In this document: positions 1 through 14,100 of the stretch, one piece after another
Numbering within the stretch: the first letter of the stretch is position 1
Layout of the letters: the number at the start of each line of letters is the position of its first letter
Origin: Amoebophrya sp. A120
Taxonomy: Eukaryota; Protista; Dinoflagellata
Assembly: GCA_905178155.1 (NCBI GenBank)
Contig: CAJINV010000009.1
Location: forward strand, 1,361,907-1,425,906
DNA: 64,000 nt
Direction: 5' to 3'
The notes under the pieces: generated by a model
Database searches by the model: none
Seen by the model: the letters and a program-made list of their open reading frames with translations, nothing else
What the model was told of the DNA's origin: nothing
Position numbers and translations under genes: made by a program

Positions 1-27
1 AAGTGCTGCATTTGTTTTCCGCTCCAG

Positions 28-970
28 AACGGCGTGGCGATACTGACGTTCATCTTTTTTTTTCTCGGACTGTGGTCTTTCCTGGTCCTGTTTCTCGAAG
101 ACGCGCGACTGCAGTTCAATGGCGCATTTATTGTCAGCACGGATTTCGCCTCGTCGCTGCAAAAATTGGAGCCGTTTGTTGCCGCGGGATATCTGCTCAC
201 AGCGCTGGTCGGGTTCATAGGCGTGGTGGACGAGAAGGTTTGGCAAGTGAATGTCTTTCTCTACTACATGGGTTTCCACGTGTTCGTCATCTACGTGCTG
301 GTCTTCGCGCTGGACATGTACGGACTAGCCTACTACTGCAAAAATGCAAACACCTCCGCCTCCGACACCTCCGCGCTCCTCCCGGTCAGCGAACGAAACA
401 TGAGCTTGCAAGCACTGCAGTCCAAAAACCTCTGCGCAGACGCAAGAACAGCGTACACGATCGGATTTCTGCTGCAAATGCTGCTCAGGGTAAGTAGAAA
501 CTAATTTTATAGTACAACCGTACTTACTTTTTTGCGCTCAGGCTCGTCGTCTTTTTCTTGATTTTCATTTCATCTCGGTGAGGAGAGAGGTTTCCATTTT
601 CTGCAAATTTTAATGTGCTAGTGTCCCTGTCACGTGCGTAATTTTATCTATGTCGTGAGGTCCTCGAAGTAGATAGACCACACCATCCATTATACAGGTG
701 TATTTTTTCCTGGTGATTCGCAAGTATGCGAAGAAAATCTCCACGTCGATTCCGTACCCCATCGCGTTCGAACAGACCTATACGGAGAGTGTGGAGGTGG
801 ATATTCCGAGCAATGTAGGCGACTTCGCCAGGAATAGAAAGGAGCAACTGTTCGAGCAAAACATAATCGCGGACATGCACCGAAAAGACGACGATTACAT
901 ACAGAAAATGCTCAAAGAGTACGGAACGCAAAAAAGCGATAAATACGGCACCAATGCCAATCAAGAATGA
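28..970 (+). CDS. 5'-partial four-TM membrane protein (tetraspanin/LAPTM-like topology); exons 28-489 and 698-970, more exon(s) upstream of the window
   Basis: Acceptor ctccAG|aac at 27/28, donor agg|GTAAGT at 490 and acceptor atacAG|gtg at 697/698 join in phase 0 (QMLLR|VYFFLVIRKY). Four hydrophobic segments with a two-Cys loop between TM3 and TM4. Confidence 0.7.
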
Positions 971-2159
971 TGAAAAACTACTTGCGGGAAAGCTGCCTTT
1001 TCTCATATTTCTGCTCTTTATTCGCTCAAGCTGATTTCCTGCGGAAACGATCCGAGCGACGTGATATTTAAGGCTCGCAATTTCTGTGTCTGAAGGAAGA
1101 TGACAAAAGCGACAATTTTTGTTGGAACAAACTGATGTTCGTCTTGCCTGAAGCGTGCATACCTGCCCCAGTGAGTGTAGTTTTTTTTTCGAATTATGGT
1201 GGAAACAAAGAGACGGCTTGTTCATTGTTGCTGCGCATGCATAGGCTACGTCACGCTAGGTGTCTGATAGACGAGATCTACTGCGATGATGCTGAAGATG
1301 AACAGGATGTGGCTGTGATGTCTTTTCTGAGGATCGGATGAGCTCTGGCGCTGGTGTAGCTCCTATTCTCATATCAACAGAGGATCTCCAACAGGATGAA
1401 AGCAGCGTGTTTTGGTATGGCCAGGGTTCAACACAGAAGCCTTAGCGCGCTACTTCAATACCATTGACAAGCTGGTGTTTTTGTGAAAGAGCATCATTCT
1501 TCTGACTCCAGGTCCTCAACACAACTCAATGTTCTCATCCGCTGGCGTCAACATTTTTCATCCGACGTTTATTGTTACGCACCATTTCTTCGGAACTATG
1601 TCTACTTTAAACCTGTTCTCAATCACGTTGCTGTTGCTTCTTCAGTCCACGAAAAACAAAAGCAAGGCAGAAAGAACATGACGAATTATTTATCTGCTCG
1701 TTAAGGTAGTGGTGAAACATCTACATGGAGGTATTATTTCTACTCGAAGATTTCTTCCTGTTTGGCTGATCAATCGATCATTCTTACGTGCTTCGACGTT
1801 GAAAGAGCAACCAATAGCCATGGACTAAATTATGAAATAGGTCACATCTTCGAATTTGGCTGAAAGAACTACGAGATAAATGATTTTTCACGGTACATAA
1901 AAATGCTCACACCTCCTGTGGATGTTGTATTTTCGTTCCCGTTTTTTTTTGAAAGATGAATTCGTCGTCCTCCTCGAAATCCTCCGTATGAGAACGGAAA
2001 AGGTGCTGAGTATCGATTGGCGTCGTAGAGAAAAGTAACAGCGGTTCTAAATTTAGCAGAGCCCTCACAACAGGTCATGCATGACAACCGCTTTTTCGTT
2101 TTTGATTTTGTTCAAATGATACTACGCTCCTTTCCGTCGCTCCCCTTTTCCTATTCCAT

Positions 2160-5100
2160 ATGCCAACAAACTGGCGTCAAAAACCAAGAGCGGCGCATCG
2201 GCGCAGCCCAAGAAGGAAGACAAGAGCAAAACCTCCGGAAGTAGTAATGCGATCGGCCCCGCCAAGCCTTCGAAGCATTCCTCGACTAATTCGAAGCAAG
2301 AATCCAAGTCTGGCACCAAGAAGAAGCCAAAAGCCCAAGCGACTGGCTCGAAACCAAGCAAGGTTCTAAAGAAGAAAAAAGACAGCGCTAAAAAGAAGAA
2401 AGTGATTAAGCCGGAAGGTGGTTCGAAAAAGACTAAGAATACCGCTGCACCATCTTCCGCTGTGGCGAGCTCTTCGTCTGCTGGAGCTGTGTCCTCAGGT
2501 GCGAAGAAAAAGAAACCCGCCACGGGTGGAGAAAGTAAACTCGGAAAGCAGTCAGCTCCGGTTGGGTTTGGCGGGTCCTCTAGCTCTGCGTCTGGCTCGA
2601 AGAAAAAAGTTGCAAAAGAAAAGGACAGAAGCAAAGCGGTAATTCTGCCGAAAGGGTCTGCGGCACTTAGTAGCGCAAAGGGCGGAAGTCGCGGGGCGAA
2701 AAACGCTCTTGCCGGCAGTTCCTCGAAGAGCAACAAAAGACCTGCAGCTCTTTCTGCACCGGCGGGTGGTAAAAAACGGCAGCGCGTCAGCGATTCGGAC
2801 GAAGACGCTGGGGAAAAGATGGGGTACGGAAGATTCTTTGCGAAGAGTTCTGATTTTTCTATTAGCAACTTGCACGCATTTTTAACACTACGTGGCAAAG
2901 AAAAGTTGGAGAACTAAATCATGTTCTTGATACGTGGCCGTGGTATTTCAGCATTTGTCGTTTTTTTGTAAGTAGGCGCGTTGAACAAATTTTGACTTTG
3001 AGACGTCCCCCATATTAACCCAGGCGGTCATCTCCCAAAATTTGGTGGCAGCCGAAGAAAAAGCAGGATGGGGAGGGGAATTCAGCGATCGACGAAAATG
3101 GCAATGCCGGCGAGGCCCAGCAGGGGTCCTCGTCTTCTTCAAAAAGCTCCGGAGCGGCTGCTGCTGCAGCTGCGGGAGGGAAGAAGGGACAGTCGGCGGC
3201 TCCGGTCCTGGCCGCGTCCTCTTCCTGTGGTGTTGCGCATCAAGGTGCAGCTCCTGGGAAGAGCACAAAAAAGAATGCGAAAGGGAAAAGCAAGTCCAGT
3301 TCGAAGTCAAGGAACCGGGGCGCGAGTTCGAAAGGTTCTGCCACAAGAACTGTGAAGAAAGACAACGAGAGCTCCACTGGTGCGCCGCGATCTTCGAGCA
3401 ATGCAAAGGGAGGAAAGAAGTTGTCTGTGAAAGGAACAACCACCAGCAAGAAGCCGGTGACAGAAGAGATAGATGAGGAAGGCGAGAGTTCTTGCGGTGA
3501 GAAGCAGCAGAAGGGCGGGAGAGGAAAATCGAAGAATAGCTCGAAGAATAACAAGAATAATAACGGAAAGAAGTCCTCCACCTCCCCGGCGTCCTCTTCC
3601 GCATTCAATTTTCAGCCCGGCAAGCGTAAGAAGTCCTCCGCGGACGAAAAGAAGAGTACTTCGCTCCTCCTCGGGGACGACCAAGATAACTACTCGGACG
3701 CAGAAGTAAAGTCAGGCAAGAAGCTGCAGGCGGCCTCCTCGTCGTCCGCAAGGGCTCCGGGCACTTCGAACAAGGACAAATCTTCCAAAAGCAATGCAGC
3801 GAAAGGGACGATGTTGGCGAGTACAACGATGAAAGCGGATAAAAAAGGCAATTCCACCGGTGCGACTACCGCAAAAGGGAAGGCAAAGGAACGGAGCAAG
3901 TCCTCGAACAATAAATCGTCGAAAAATAAGGTCGCTCCCTTCGAGGAACCGGAGGAGGAGGAAATGGAAGAAGAAGCAGCTTTCGGAACAAGTAATAAAA
4001 GTCCAAAGTTGATGTCCACCAAGAACAAAAACCGCCGACGTGGTGGCTCGGGAAAGAAGAAGAGTCCGCCGCCCATGAAGAGCGCAAAATCGTCTGTCGC
4101 GGACGAGGACGAGGAGGAAGAGGATGAGCTTTTTGGCAACAACTTCAATAAAGGCAAAAAGACCACGGCCGCAGCTGGCACAGCGAGCAGCAAGATGGGT
4201 AGTAAGCAAAAGAACAAGCCCGCGAGCAAGAAGAATGATAAGCGATCGCAGTCGCAAAAAAACAAGTCGTCCGCCGCGCTCCAGTTCACTACGTCCAATT
4301 TGGACCCGGCGTCCGGCAAAACGGGTCCCGGCTCCTCGTCCACAGCGGCGAACAAGAATGCTGCAGCCGGAGCAGCCTCATCGTCCGCGAACCCGTTTGC
4401 GTCCTCCTCCTATTCGCTGTTCGGACCGCCGCCGACCGGAAGCGCGAATCACAGCTCCTACTACCTGGGCGGGGGAGGTTCCAGCTCGAGTTCCCGCTGG
4501 GCGAACACGGTGAACGGGCTGAAGGATAAGAAGACGAGGTTTGTCTCCCTGACGGAATTGAACGAAACGCTGCAGTACTGCAGTGAGGACATGCTGCTGA
4601 ACTTCCCGATGGAGACCGCGATTCCGAATCTGCTGAAGATCGTGGAAGGGGATAGCAATGCGAACCCGTTCGAAATCGCGGACCCCTTTGGAGGCGGGGG
4701 CATGGGCGAGGACCAGCAGACCAACATGATTTTATCCTGTCGGATTCTGTACACGCTGATCGACATCGTGCCGCCGACCACGCGCTTGATCTCCACCTAC
4801 AAGGGGATTCCGATTTTGGTGCAGAAACTCATGCAAATCGACTTCATCGATGTGGCGGAACAGGTCATCTCCGTGATCGACAAGATCGTGGACGACTGCG
4901 CCTTGCAGGTGCTGCAGGCGAACGGCCTGATGGCGATTTTGCAGTTTCTGGATTTTTTCCACATCAGCCTGCAGCGGAAAGCGGTGTCGTCCGCGAGTAA
5001 GATGCTGGGCGCGCTGTCCGTCTTGCTGTTGAATCAGGAGCAGGCGGCCGCGAAAAGTGCGGCTAATGCGAAAGGAGGCGCCGGCGGAGGGTCAAGCGCC

Positions 5101-8100
5101 TCGTCGCTCGGAGGTGGTGCGGTTTCGAGTGGCGAAATGAGCAGCACCCAGCTGAAGAAGACGTTCGAGGACCAGGTGCGCCCGGTGTTACCGCAACTCT
5201 CGTCGTTACTTACGCATCCGGACGCGCAAGTGACCACGACCGTTTGTGAGTGCTGGCGGAAGGTCTTGGAGGCGTTGCTTTCTCTGTCCGCGGTGGAAAG
5301 CAGCCGGGCGGCGATTTTGGCGGGAGGGTCTTCAAAGGTATAGAAAAGGTGGAATGATTTGTTCTTTTCCTGTCGGCACCACATGAAAATAATGCCCGAA
5401 GTCGTGAAAATTAAGCTGCAATTTTGAACAACAAGATCAACTCTTTCCTAGTTCTTGCTGCAGCAAAATGCGTTTCTGTTCATTTTTCCGTATTGTAACA
5501 GGCGCCCATCGCAGCTGCACTCGAGTCCGACGACCAGTCCACACTCGAAGAGATTTGTCCGACTAGCGTGATTGAGAATTTTCTGCAACTGATCGAGAAA
5601 TCGAATTACGCGGTGAACTCCTCCGGGGCGGACATTCTCTACATTCTCTCCATGCTGGTGCACCAGTCCGTTTCCAGTACCAAGGCGGCCTTCGATATGG
5701 CGATCGAGAAGGTTCTGAAGAAAGTACTAATTCAGACGAACGAGTTCTCGCTCCAATCCGGCAGCGCGGAGATGAAACTGGCCGCACTCGGCCTGATCAC
5801 CAGTCTGTTGCCCAGCGTCAGCTACGAGTACTTCGGCCCGGGGAAGGTGGTTGCGGGGGACAAAGACGCGACCCTGTCGCCGAACAAGTCGGTTTCCAAC
5901 AGCAGTGGCGGAAAGCTGATCGAGTACGGGAAGTCGCTCACCTCGTTTTTCTTCCGAAATAACAACGGGAACAAAGACAGCACGGAGAACACCGCGGACG
6001 GAAAGAAAAGCGGGAAAAACAGTCCGAATAATTCTCTGCAAGAGAAGGCTGTATCTGGTGCAGCAGGTGGATCATCATCGTCCGCTGTAGGTGCCAGCAG
6101 TACGGCCTTGACAACAACCACCTCCGGAAATAACAATCAGGGCGAGAAGAATTTGACCACATCTTCAGAGGCGGGGGGTGAAGGGGAAAAAAACATTGCC
6201 GGGCAAAATGTCCGAAGAGTTGAGTTTCAGATCGTGCGGTCGAAGCAGCAGCGGCGGATCGATTTCTTCACGGAGAACGGGTTTGCGAACCTGAAAAAGC
6301 TCTCCGAGGCGGTCTTGCCGGATGTGTTGGCGTTGCACGCTTCCGCGGGTTCTGCGGTGACGCGCGCGATGAGCTGGAATTGCCTCTTGCCGATCGTTTT
6401 GCTGTACAGCGCGAAAGCGAATGAAACGGCAGGGGAACATCAAGTAGGAGAACAGAGAGACCACTTTGGGCTGTATTTGCAGAAGAATATCGATGTGATG
6501 CAGCTGTACAGCACCTCGTCGGAGTCAAGCTACCTGGCTTGGCTGATTCTCGTGGAAGCGCTGTATATCACACCTACAAGGGAGAAGAAAGACGCGTCCG
6601 TGTCTGACATCCAGCAAGCAACGGCGCTCTACTCTTCTCCCGGCTCCGCACCGGAAAAAATCGAACAGTTACTGCGCAGCGGGATTTTCAGTGTCGTGCA
6701 GGAGAATTACGCAAAATTACAGTCCAGTAGTTCATCTGCTTCTGACCGCGGCCTCCTGGATGCGGAACTCCAGATGGCGCCGCCGTCGACCCTCCGCGAC
6801 CTGATCCAGCTGGTATCGACGAACATTCTGACTTTTACGGTTTCCACTACCTCGACGGCCACTGGAGCGGTGCAAGACTTGTCTTCGATGAAAATCGCGG
6901 CGAATCACCTGAACAACTGCGCTGCCATGATCATCGCTGGCCTGCTGGACGCCGGCGAGTACGAGAAAGCCTTCCGGGGCTTGGGATCCGCGATCGCGGA
7001 GAACGAGATTGTGGCCAACGAGGTTTTGGAAGTGATTCTGCCGAAACTGTTGCCCATCTTGCAATTTGATAGCAACACATCTGCTGCTTCGGGCGGGGGC
7101 GCTGCATTTTTCGGGGGCGGGGTTCAAGATAATGGGACGATCATGTTGAACAGCAGCGAGAAATCCTCGTCCTACATGGCGGAGCACATGGCGAAGCTGC
7201 GACTGTTTTTGCAGAACGTGTTTGAAAAAAATCACGTGTCCACTTCCTCAACCGGGAACGCAACCACTGCAGTGTCATCGTCCGAAACCGCGTTGCTGCA
7301 GCTCAAGCGATTTTTCGCGTTGTGCTTGAACAATTTGACGCCGAATCTGGTGGAAACTCTGCCCATCCACCTGTTCCCCTCCAAGCCGCCGACCGCATTG
7401 CTGGAAATCCTTGCCAGCAATGCCGCTGGTAGTAGCGGAAGTGCAGCTCCGGCCGGGAAGACCACCGCGGCGGGAGGGCAGTCTTCCGCGGCTGCCAGCA
7501 GTGCTCTGGCCGCGACCGGAGCAGGGGGAGCAGCAACGGCGTCGCGCGCGGAGACGGATTTTTTGTCGCACCTGTCCGGAAAGTTGCCGCCGGAGTTGCA
7601 TTCCAGGCTGCTGCAGAAGTACGGTGCCTTGGAAGACGCTTTGGAGTCCGCGTTCTCGTCCGCCAGTGGGTCCGCGTCGTACTACGGCGGTGGCTCCAGC
7701 TTTGGTTTGTTCGGTGGGTCGGGCTACGGCGGAGCGTCGCGGCAGGTGGCGAAACCGAGCAGCAACCCGTTACCGCCCCACCTGCGCCCCATCGCGGGGT
7801 GCGAGTCTTTCTCTCTGTTGTCTGAGAATGTGAAGCAACTATCGAAGCCCGTGAAAATCCGCTTGATGTGTGCGAAGCCAGAGAAAACCGAGAAAGAGGC
7901 TGCTGCGGCGAAAGACAAAAGTGCTTTAGCGGTGGCCTCCTCAGCTACTGTTGCGAAAGATGGCGATGAGAAGGAAGACAACAAGAAAACTGTTGCCGCT
8001 GCTGGTGCGCCGGGAGACAAAACTTCTGCAGAGATGAAAACTTCCGCAGACGCAAAGACCGCTGGGTCCTCGTTACTGGATGCCAGTTCTACTTCTAAGC

Positions 8101-11100
8101 CGTCCACCAATGCCAAGTCTATTTTCGCGGCCGCGTATGAGGCTGAACGCGAGCGGGACAGGGCAAACCGCGACAAGGCGGAGATGCTACTGGTCGAGCC
8201 ATTGGCCCACGTTGGCAGCATTATCGACTATGTGCGGGACCGGCACCTGGGCGGGAGCCATTCGTACGGTGGTGTTGCTGGGACCGGTACAGACAAGCAG
8301 GTCATCGTTTACAATGCCAATGGGGAGGAGCTGCAGTCGGATATGAGCATTGTTCGTGCACTGACGGAAGCAAGCCTGACGAAGAAAGTGTCTGTAGCCA
8401 GCACGTCAAATAGTGCCAGAAGCAACACCAAAAATGACCCCGCGATGTACCCGTACCAGGCGGATGTGTTCTTGGCCCAGGGCGTTTCCCGGCCGGAGAA
8501 GTTCCGCAGGATTGGGGAACTAGCCGCGGAAGCCGCAGAGGTAGATACCGCGGGTGGCGCTGAAATAAATGCGCAAACACGACCCCCAGCGGTTCTGACC
8601 AACACGCAGATGGCGAAAATGCGCATCAAGGATGCGCCGACGATTTTCACGATTCCAAATCTTGGCGGCAAGCTGGGTGAGTTCGACCGGTTTTGCGTCA
8701 GCGGGAAAGATTGCGTATTTGCCGCGAGCAGCTTCATGGAGAAGAGCAACCCAAACAGTACCTGGGGAACGGTTCTGTACTACGAAATCGCGACCGCGGA
8801 GAAAAAAGCAGACACTTCTGCAGACGACGACCGCCCGGGCTCGAGCACGAAGGAAGAGCTGATCAAGCAGGAGCTTCTGAAGGCAGCAGCTGCCGCTTCT
8901 TCTACGATCCACCTACCCGACCCGCAGTTCAGCTCGGCGGCCTTCGCCACCACTGCTGCTGCGAAGAACCCGACGGGGCTCACGCTCGCGCCCTTCGACC
9001 CCGCTGCGCACAACACGTCCGCCACGGCGCAGACCGGTGGAAGCAAGGCGAAGAAGGGCGGTGCGAAAGACAACTCGAAGAAAGGCGCGGCCGCAAAGCA
9101 GTTGAAGAAGGAGGACAGCGAGGGGAATTTGTACGCGGCGTTTCTGCAGAAATCCCCCCTCTCCGAGTCCGATGCCAACCGCATGAACAGCCCGCCCGCG
9201 ACCGCTCTCGACAGCGGAAGTAGTCCAGAAATGGGTTTCGCGCAGCCGAAGGCGAGCGCCGGCACGTTTGGCGCTACGACGAGCAGTTCGAGCGCTGCGT
9301 TTTTGAAGACCTTCGGGGCGGAGCACCACGCCGCGGTCGCGGAAAAATCGCTGCAGACCAGTAAGCCGCTGCTTTCCACACTATCCTCCTCCGCATCAAG
9401 CAGCTTTGCCAGCTTAAAAGCCGACTGGCTGGAAGGAAATAGTGCCAACGAAGGGGGTAAAAAAGATGACAATGTTGACACGAAGAATCAAGCACCGGGT
9501 CGTGGCGACTCGTCGGCAGAGGCGAAAGCTGCTCTGGCTTCGTACGACGCGAATGTGAGTGCAGCGCTGTTTGGGTCGAGCGCGACGTCGTCCAGCGTCG
9601 CAGCGGCCGGTGCTGCTGCTGCTAGCACATTTGGCAAGGATCGTCAAATAGACTCGGCCTCCGGCGCGTCAGCTGCCAAAGAAAAAGTTCCAGCAATGTC
9701 GTCCGCGGACTCCCTACTGGCCTACACGGGGAAAACCGCTGCAGCCGCGACCAAAGCGCACCGAGATCATGCGGGTGCAACTTCGAGTTCAAAAGACAAG
9801 CACAAACTCTCGCACAAGATCGATCGCGACGTGCCCAGCTACGGGGAGCCGTTTGTGTGCGAGTCGGAGCTCGACCGGCTGGCGCTGCTGATCCGGTTTT
9901 CGCATTTGTCGCTGAAATCCATGAGCCGGGACGCGATTTGCAAGGTGGAAAAGTTCTCCGTGCCGGTCAAGGTGAGTGCATCCTCCTCTTCGAGTAGTGG
10001 GGCCGCTAAGGAGAAACAAGGAGCCGCTTCGTGCTCTTCGAAGGCGGCAGCGAGTAGCGCGGAAAATTTCTACAAACAGCACTCCTCTTCGAGCTCGGCA
10101 TCCAGCAGTGCCAAATTGATGCAACAGTTTTCCGACGAGTTACCGAGCGTGCCGAGTGCATCGTCCTCCTCCTCCGCGCTTGGATCTTTCGAGAGTGTGG
10201 CGAAACAGAAATCCGCATTCATCTCGAGCACGAAGACCAGTTCCTTCAACTCTGGTGCGGCTTCCGCCTTGGAAAGCAACAGTTTACAGCTACAACAACG
10301 TCGCCTCATTTTCGCAAATACGGGCTTGACGGAGGCGGAAATGCAAAACCAGCTGGGTGCTTCTAGTCATCTCTCCTCCGGTCCTACACCCGCCGGAGCA
10401 GGCGCCGGATTAGTTGCGACGTCCGATGCAGTGGGAGCAATAAACCAGTTCGCACAACAAGAGCAGGCTGCGTCTCTGGTACCGGAGTTTGAGCAAATCA
10501 TCGTCCCTGACGCGAAGTTGCGGTCGCTACTTGAGTTCCTCGCTATTCTGTACCACATTGGAGAGTACTACGAGCGACTCGCCGTGATGCAGGTGTGGGA
10601 ATCGACCAATGGGCTGAGTGTGCAGAATCTGTTCAACACGAACGTGCACTTTCTGGAGAAGCTCGAATCGGATTGCTTGACGACGCACGCCTTGAAGCAG
10701 CTGCACGATCCGGTGTCGGTCGCTAGTCGGTGTTGCGCGAAATGGCTCATGGTAGTAGCGAACCGGAATAATTTCCTGTTCTCCAAGCCGGCCAAGAAGG
10801 CCCTTCACCAGGGCATGTGCTTAGGTAAATAATTGTGCTGCGTTTGTTCTTTTAAGATCTGACCCTGTGTTCCTTTAGATTTCTTCGGAAAATTGATACT
10901 TTTGGTGACCTCATGCGCACGCGCATGTATCATGCGGAACACCGTGGTGTTGAGGCCGCGCAGTAGCGCGTCAACAGGCATTGCCGCGCCGTCCTCTGTT
11001 TTGTTTGCAGATCCGGAGAAACATTCATGCATTGTGATTGCAATGAAGGAGCTGCCCGTGTTTGACCACACTATTTAAAAAGATAAAAGCATGCGTGCAT

Positions 11101-14100
11101 CGTGGTGCAGTAGCATGCGTGCTGTAGGATGCAGCATGAGTGCTGTAGTGCAGCTTGTGTTTGACCACGTTGCTCAGAAATGCAGTATGCGTGCTCTTGA
11201 GCAGTTCGTGTTTGACCACGCTGATTGAGAATAAGGCATGCATTCTGTGAAGGAGCTTGTGTGTTGACCACGCGTGCAAGAATGCAGCGTGCGTGCGTCA
11301 GAGTGCAGCAGTTCAGGAAGAGGACGCAATGAAGTACAAAAAAGACACCTACTTCACACCACAGGTTTGTCGCGAGCCTTGAACTACGCCCAGAACCGCA
11401 CGAGCCAGCAAAGCAATAACAATAACACCAGCAATAGCAACAATAACCGGATCCTTGCCCCGATTCCGCGGCAGAAGGTGAGAATACAGCGGCATCGAAT
11501 GCTGGACTCCGCGATCAAGCTCATGTCGCTTTACAGCACGTCTCCGGCGATTCTGGAAGTCGAGTTTTCCAACGAAGTTGGCACAGGAAGCGGGCCGACG
11601 CTGGAATTCTACAGTACCGTGGTGGAGCTCTTGAAGCAGCCAGTAACCACAAGCAGGCATGGGAACAGCAACGCCGCGATTCTACCCATGGATAGCGATC
11701 CCGGTACTCTTTCGCTTCTTTCTTTTTGCTTTCAAGGTTTCTAGACAATATTAATGCAACTCGCATTCATACACGGCAAGGGCAACCGCCTCCATACCAT
11801 CCTGCGTAAACTTCCCCACGATGCTGTGGTGTGAGCTACCTATAACGGACTTCTGAGCCAATATTGATTTCAAGGTTTCTAGAGAATATTAATGCAACTC
11901 GCATTTATACACGGCAACCCCAACCGCCTTCATACCATCCTGCGTAAACTATCCCACGATGCTGTGGTGTGCGGTACCCATAACGGACTTCTAAGCCAAT
12001 ATCAATGCTTGCATATGAACATTTCTAGATACTTGAAAGCAAAAAGAGAGAAGCGAAAGAGTCCGTTATGGGTAGCGCACACCGCAGCATCGTGGGAAAG
12101 TTTACACAGGAGGGTACGGAGAGGGTTGCCGTGTATCAATGCGAGTTGCAGTACTATGTAGAAAATCATCGAGTTCGATGTAGCCAGCCTGCGTGGAATT
12201 GCGGTACATTGAATCTTCTTCTTTATCAGATAACGTCCGTCCACCGCCTACCACGCAATCCCAGCCGAGTCAGGGGCAATCGCAGCCGGCTTCGTCCTCC
12301 AACGCCAAGCGAAGCTACGCAGTAAAGACCAACCTGTTCCGCACGGCGCATTCTTCCCCGTACCTGTTCCCGAACCCGCTCACGGCCCACGATGATAAGC
12401 AAGTGGCGCTTTCGTACTTCAAACTGCTTGGTCAGCTGGTAGGGAAGGCGCTCCTAGACCAGCGTTTGCTCGACCTGCCACTGCATCCGCTTTTTTGGCG
12501 TATGGTGAAGTCCACGGCAAACGAGCCTTCCATGTTTTCCACTAGCGACCTACGATTAATCGACCTGGAACTCTTTGAATCGCTGAACAAACTGCGCATC
12601 CTGAACGAGGACGATCTGGAGGATCTGGAGCTGACGTTTGTTTTACCTGGGTACGAAGGCTACTCCCTATGCGACGCCGGCGAAGACCGTTTGGTGACGA
12701 AGGTATTGACAAGAGCAGTTCTGTACTTTTAACGCCGGGTCATGTTGAAAATGGATCTATCCGTGCCATCACGACCGGGAAGACTTCTGCATCCGTCATG
12801 CTTGTAAGATCAGCCATGCATATCAGCCATGCATGAGCATGCTGTTTTAGCAATCATGTTGATAGAGTGACTGAAGCATGACGCATGCTGGTTACGCGGC
12901 TTCAGGCTGCTGGAGCCCGCGTGCGTTCTTGCATTGCCACCGTTGGTATCGTGAGATTCGCTTTGCCATGTTGTTTTCCTAAAGAACTACTTCTGTGATT
13001 GGAATCACGTGGTTTGCTGCTAATTATAAATGAAGAGTATACGGCAGGCGCGGTTTGCATAGTTTTGCCATGAAGTTCACGCTGCAGAAATTTTCGGCCG
13101 TTTGTGCGAGTAGAAATTTTCAGCATGCCCTCCGCACCAGAGCGCAAACGTTCCAAGCTCTGCACTAGCTTGAACGCATGCCATACCGCCCGCAAATTTG
13201 AAGGTGTATGATACTAGACACCGGCGCCATACCCGCGCAAAAGGATTCGGATTCAAAAAGGCTTGCTAGGACGAATCCGCGTCCCACGTGAAAGACCACA
13301 TCCTGGAAGTGGGATTCGGTTTTGCTCGGTGACCCGCCATCCCGTGCGCGTTAAAGTTCTCTGACCGAATCGGCGGCTGTTTTTGTTTGTTTATGCAAGC
13401 ATCTTCATGGCAGCTGGTCATCGTGAAAGTAGGAGCGTTACGAAGCTTTTACCTTTCGCCGCCCCAATGCGAAGTTGTCTGTACCAAGTCGCGAATAGCG
13501 CGCTAGTAGTGAACATTTTGAAACTAAAGGCACATGCATCGTTTGCGGCTTCTCATCACTGTACAGCTTCGCAAGGTGGAATTCAATCCACGGTTCAGCT
13601 TCTTTCATCTTTTTGTTTTGTTGTAAAAGGTAATGGCCTTTTTTGTTTGAATATGAATTGCAACGAAAATCCAAATCTCCGCAGGCCAACCTGTCCGAGT
13701 ACATTTCCCTCGTTGCCTACCACGTGTTGTACGGGTCGATCCGGCAGGTTATCCTGGAGTTTCGGCAAGCCTTTCTAACCATTCACACGGTGGAGTCCCT
13801 GCGGATTTTCAGCGAGCACGAGCTCTCTCAGCTGATCGTGGGCGCCAGCAGCCGCGACAACGAATTTTGGACGCTGGAGCACCTGACCAAGCACATTATA
13901 CCCGCGCACGGGTTTACAAGGGAGTCCAGTACCTACGCTGACCTGCTCACCTTTCTCACTGAGCTCTCCTTCGAGAAGCGAAAACTGTTTCTTTCCTTCG
14001 TCACGGGCGCGCACTCTTTGCCCGTGGGAGGGTTCGCGGGCTTGAAGCCGCAGCTGCAGGTGGTGAAAAAGGAGGAGTCGAGTCCGGACCTCTTTCTGCC

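Noticed and set aside
2122-10808. Many minus-strand ORFs over the HECT gene (likewise over the bestrophin-like gene and formins)
   Set aside because: Antisense shadows of GC-rich, low-complexity coding sequence.
11058-11271. GTGTTTGACCAC repeats at ~50-bp spacing as a CRISPR array
   Set aside because: The repeat is only 12 bp, the spacers resemble each other, it lies inside a eukaryotic intron, and there are no cas genes. It is a minisatellite.
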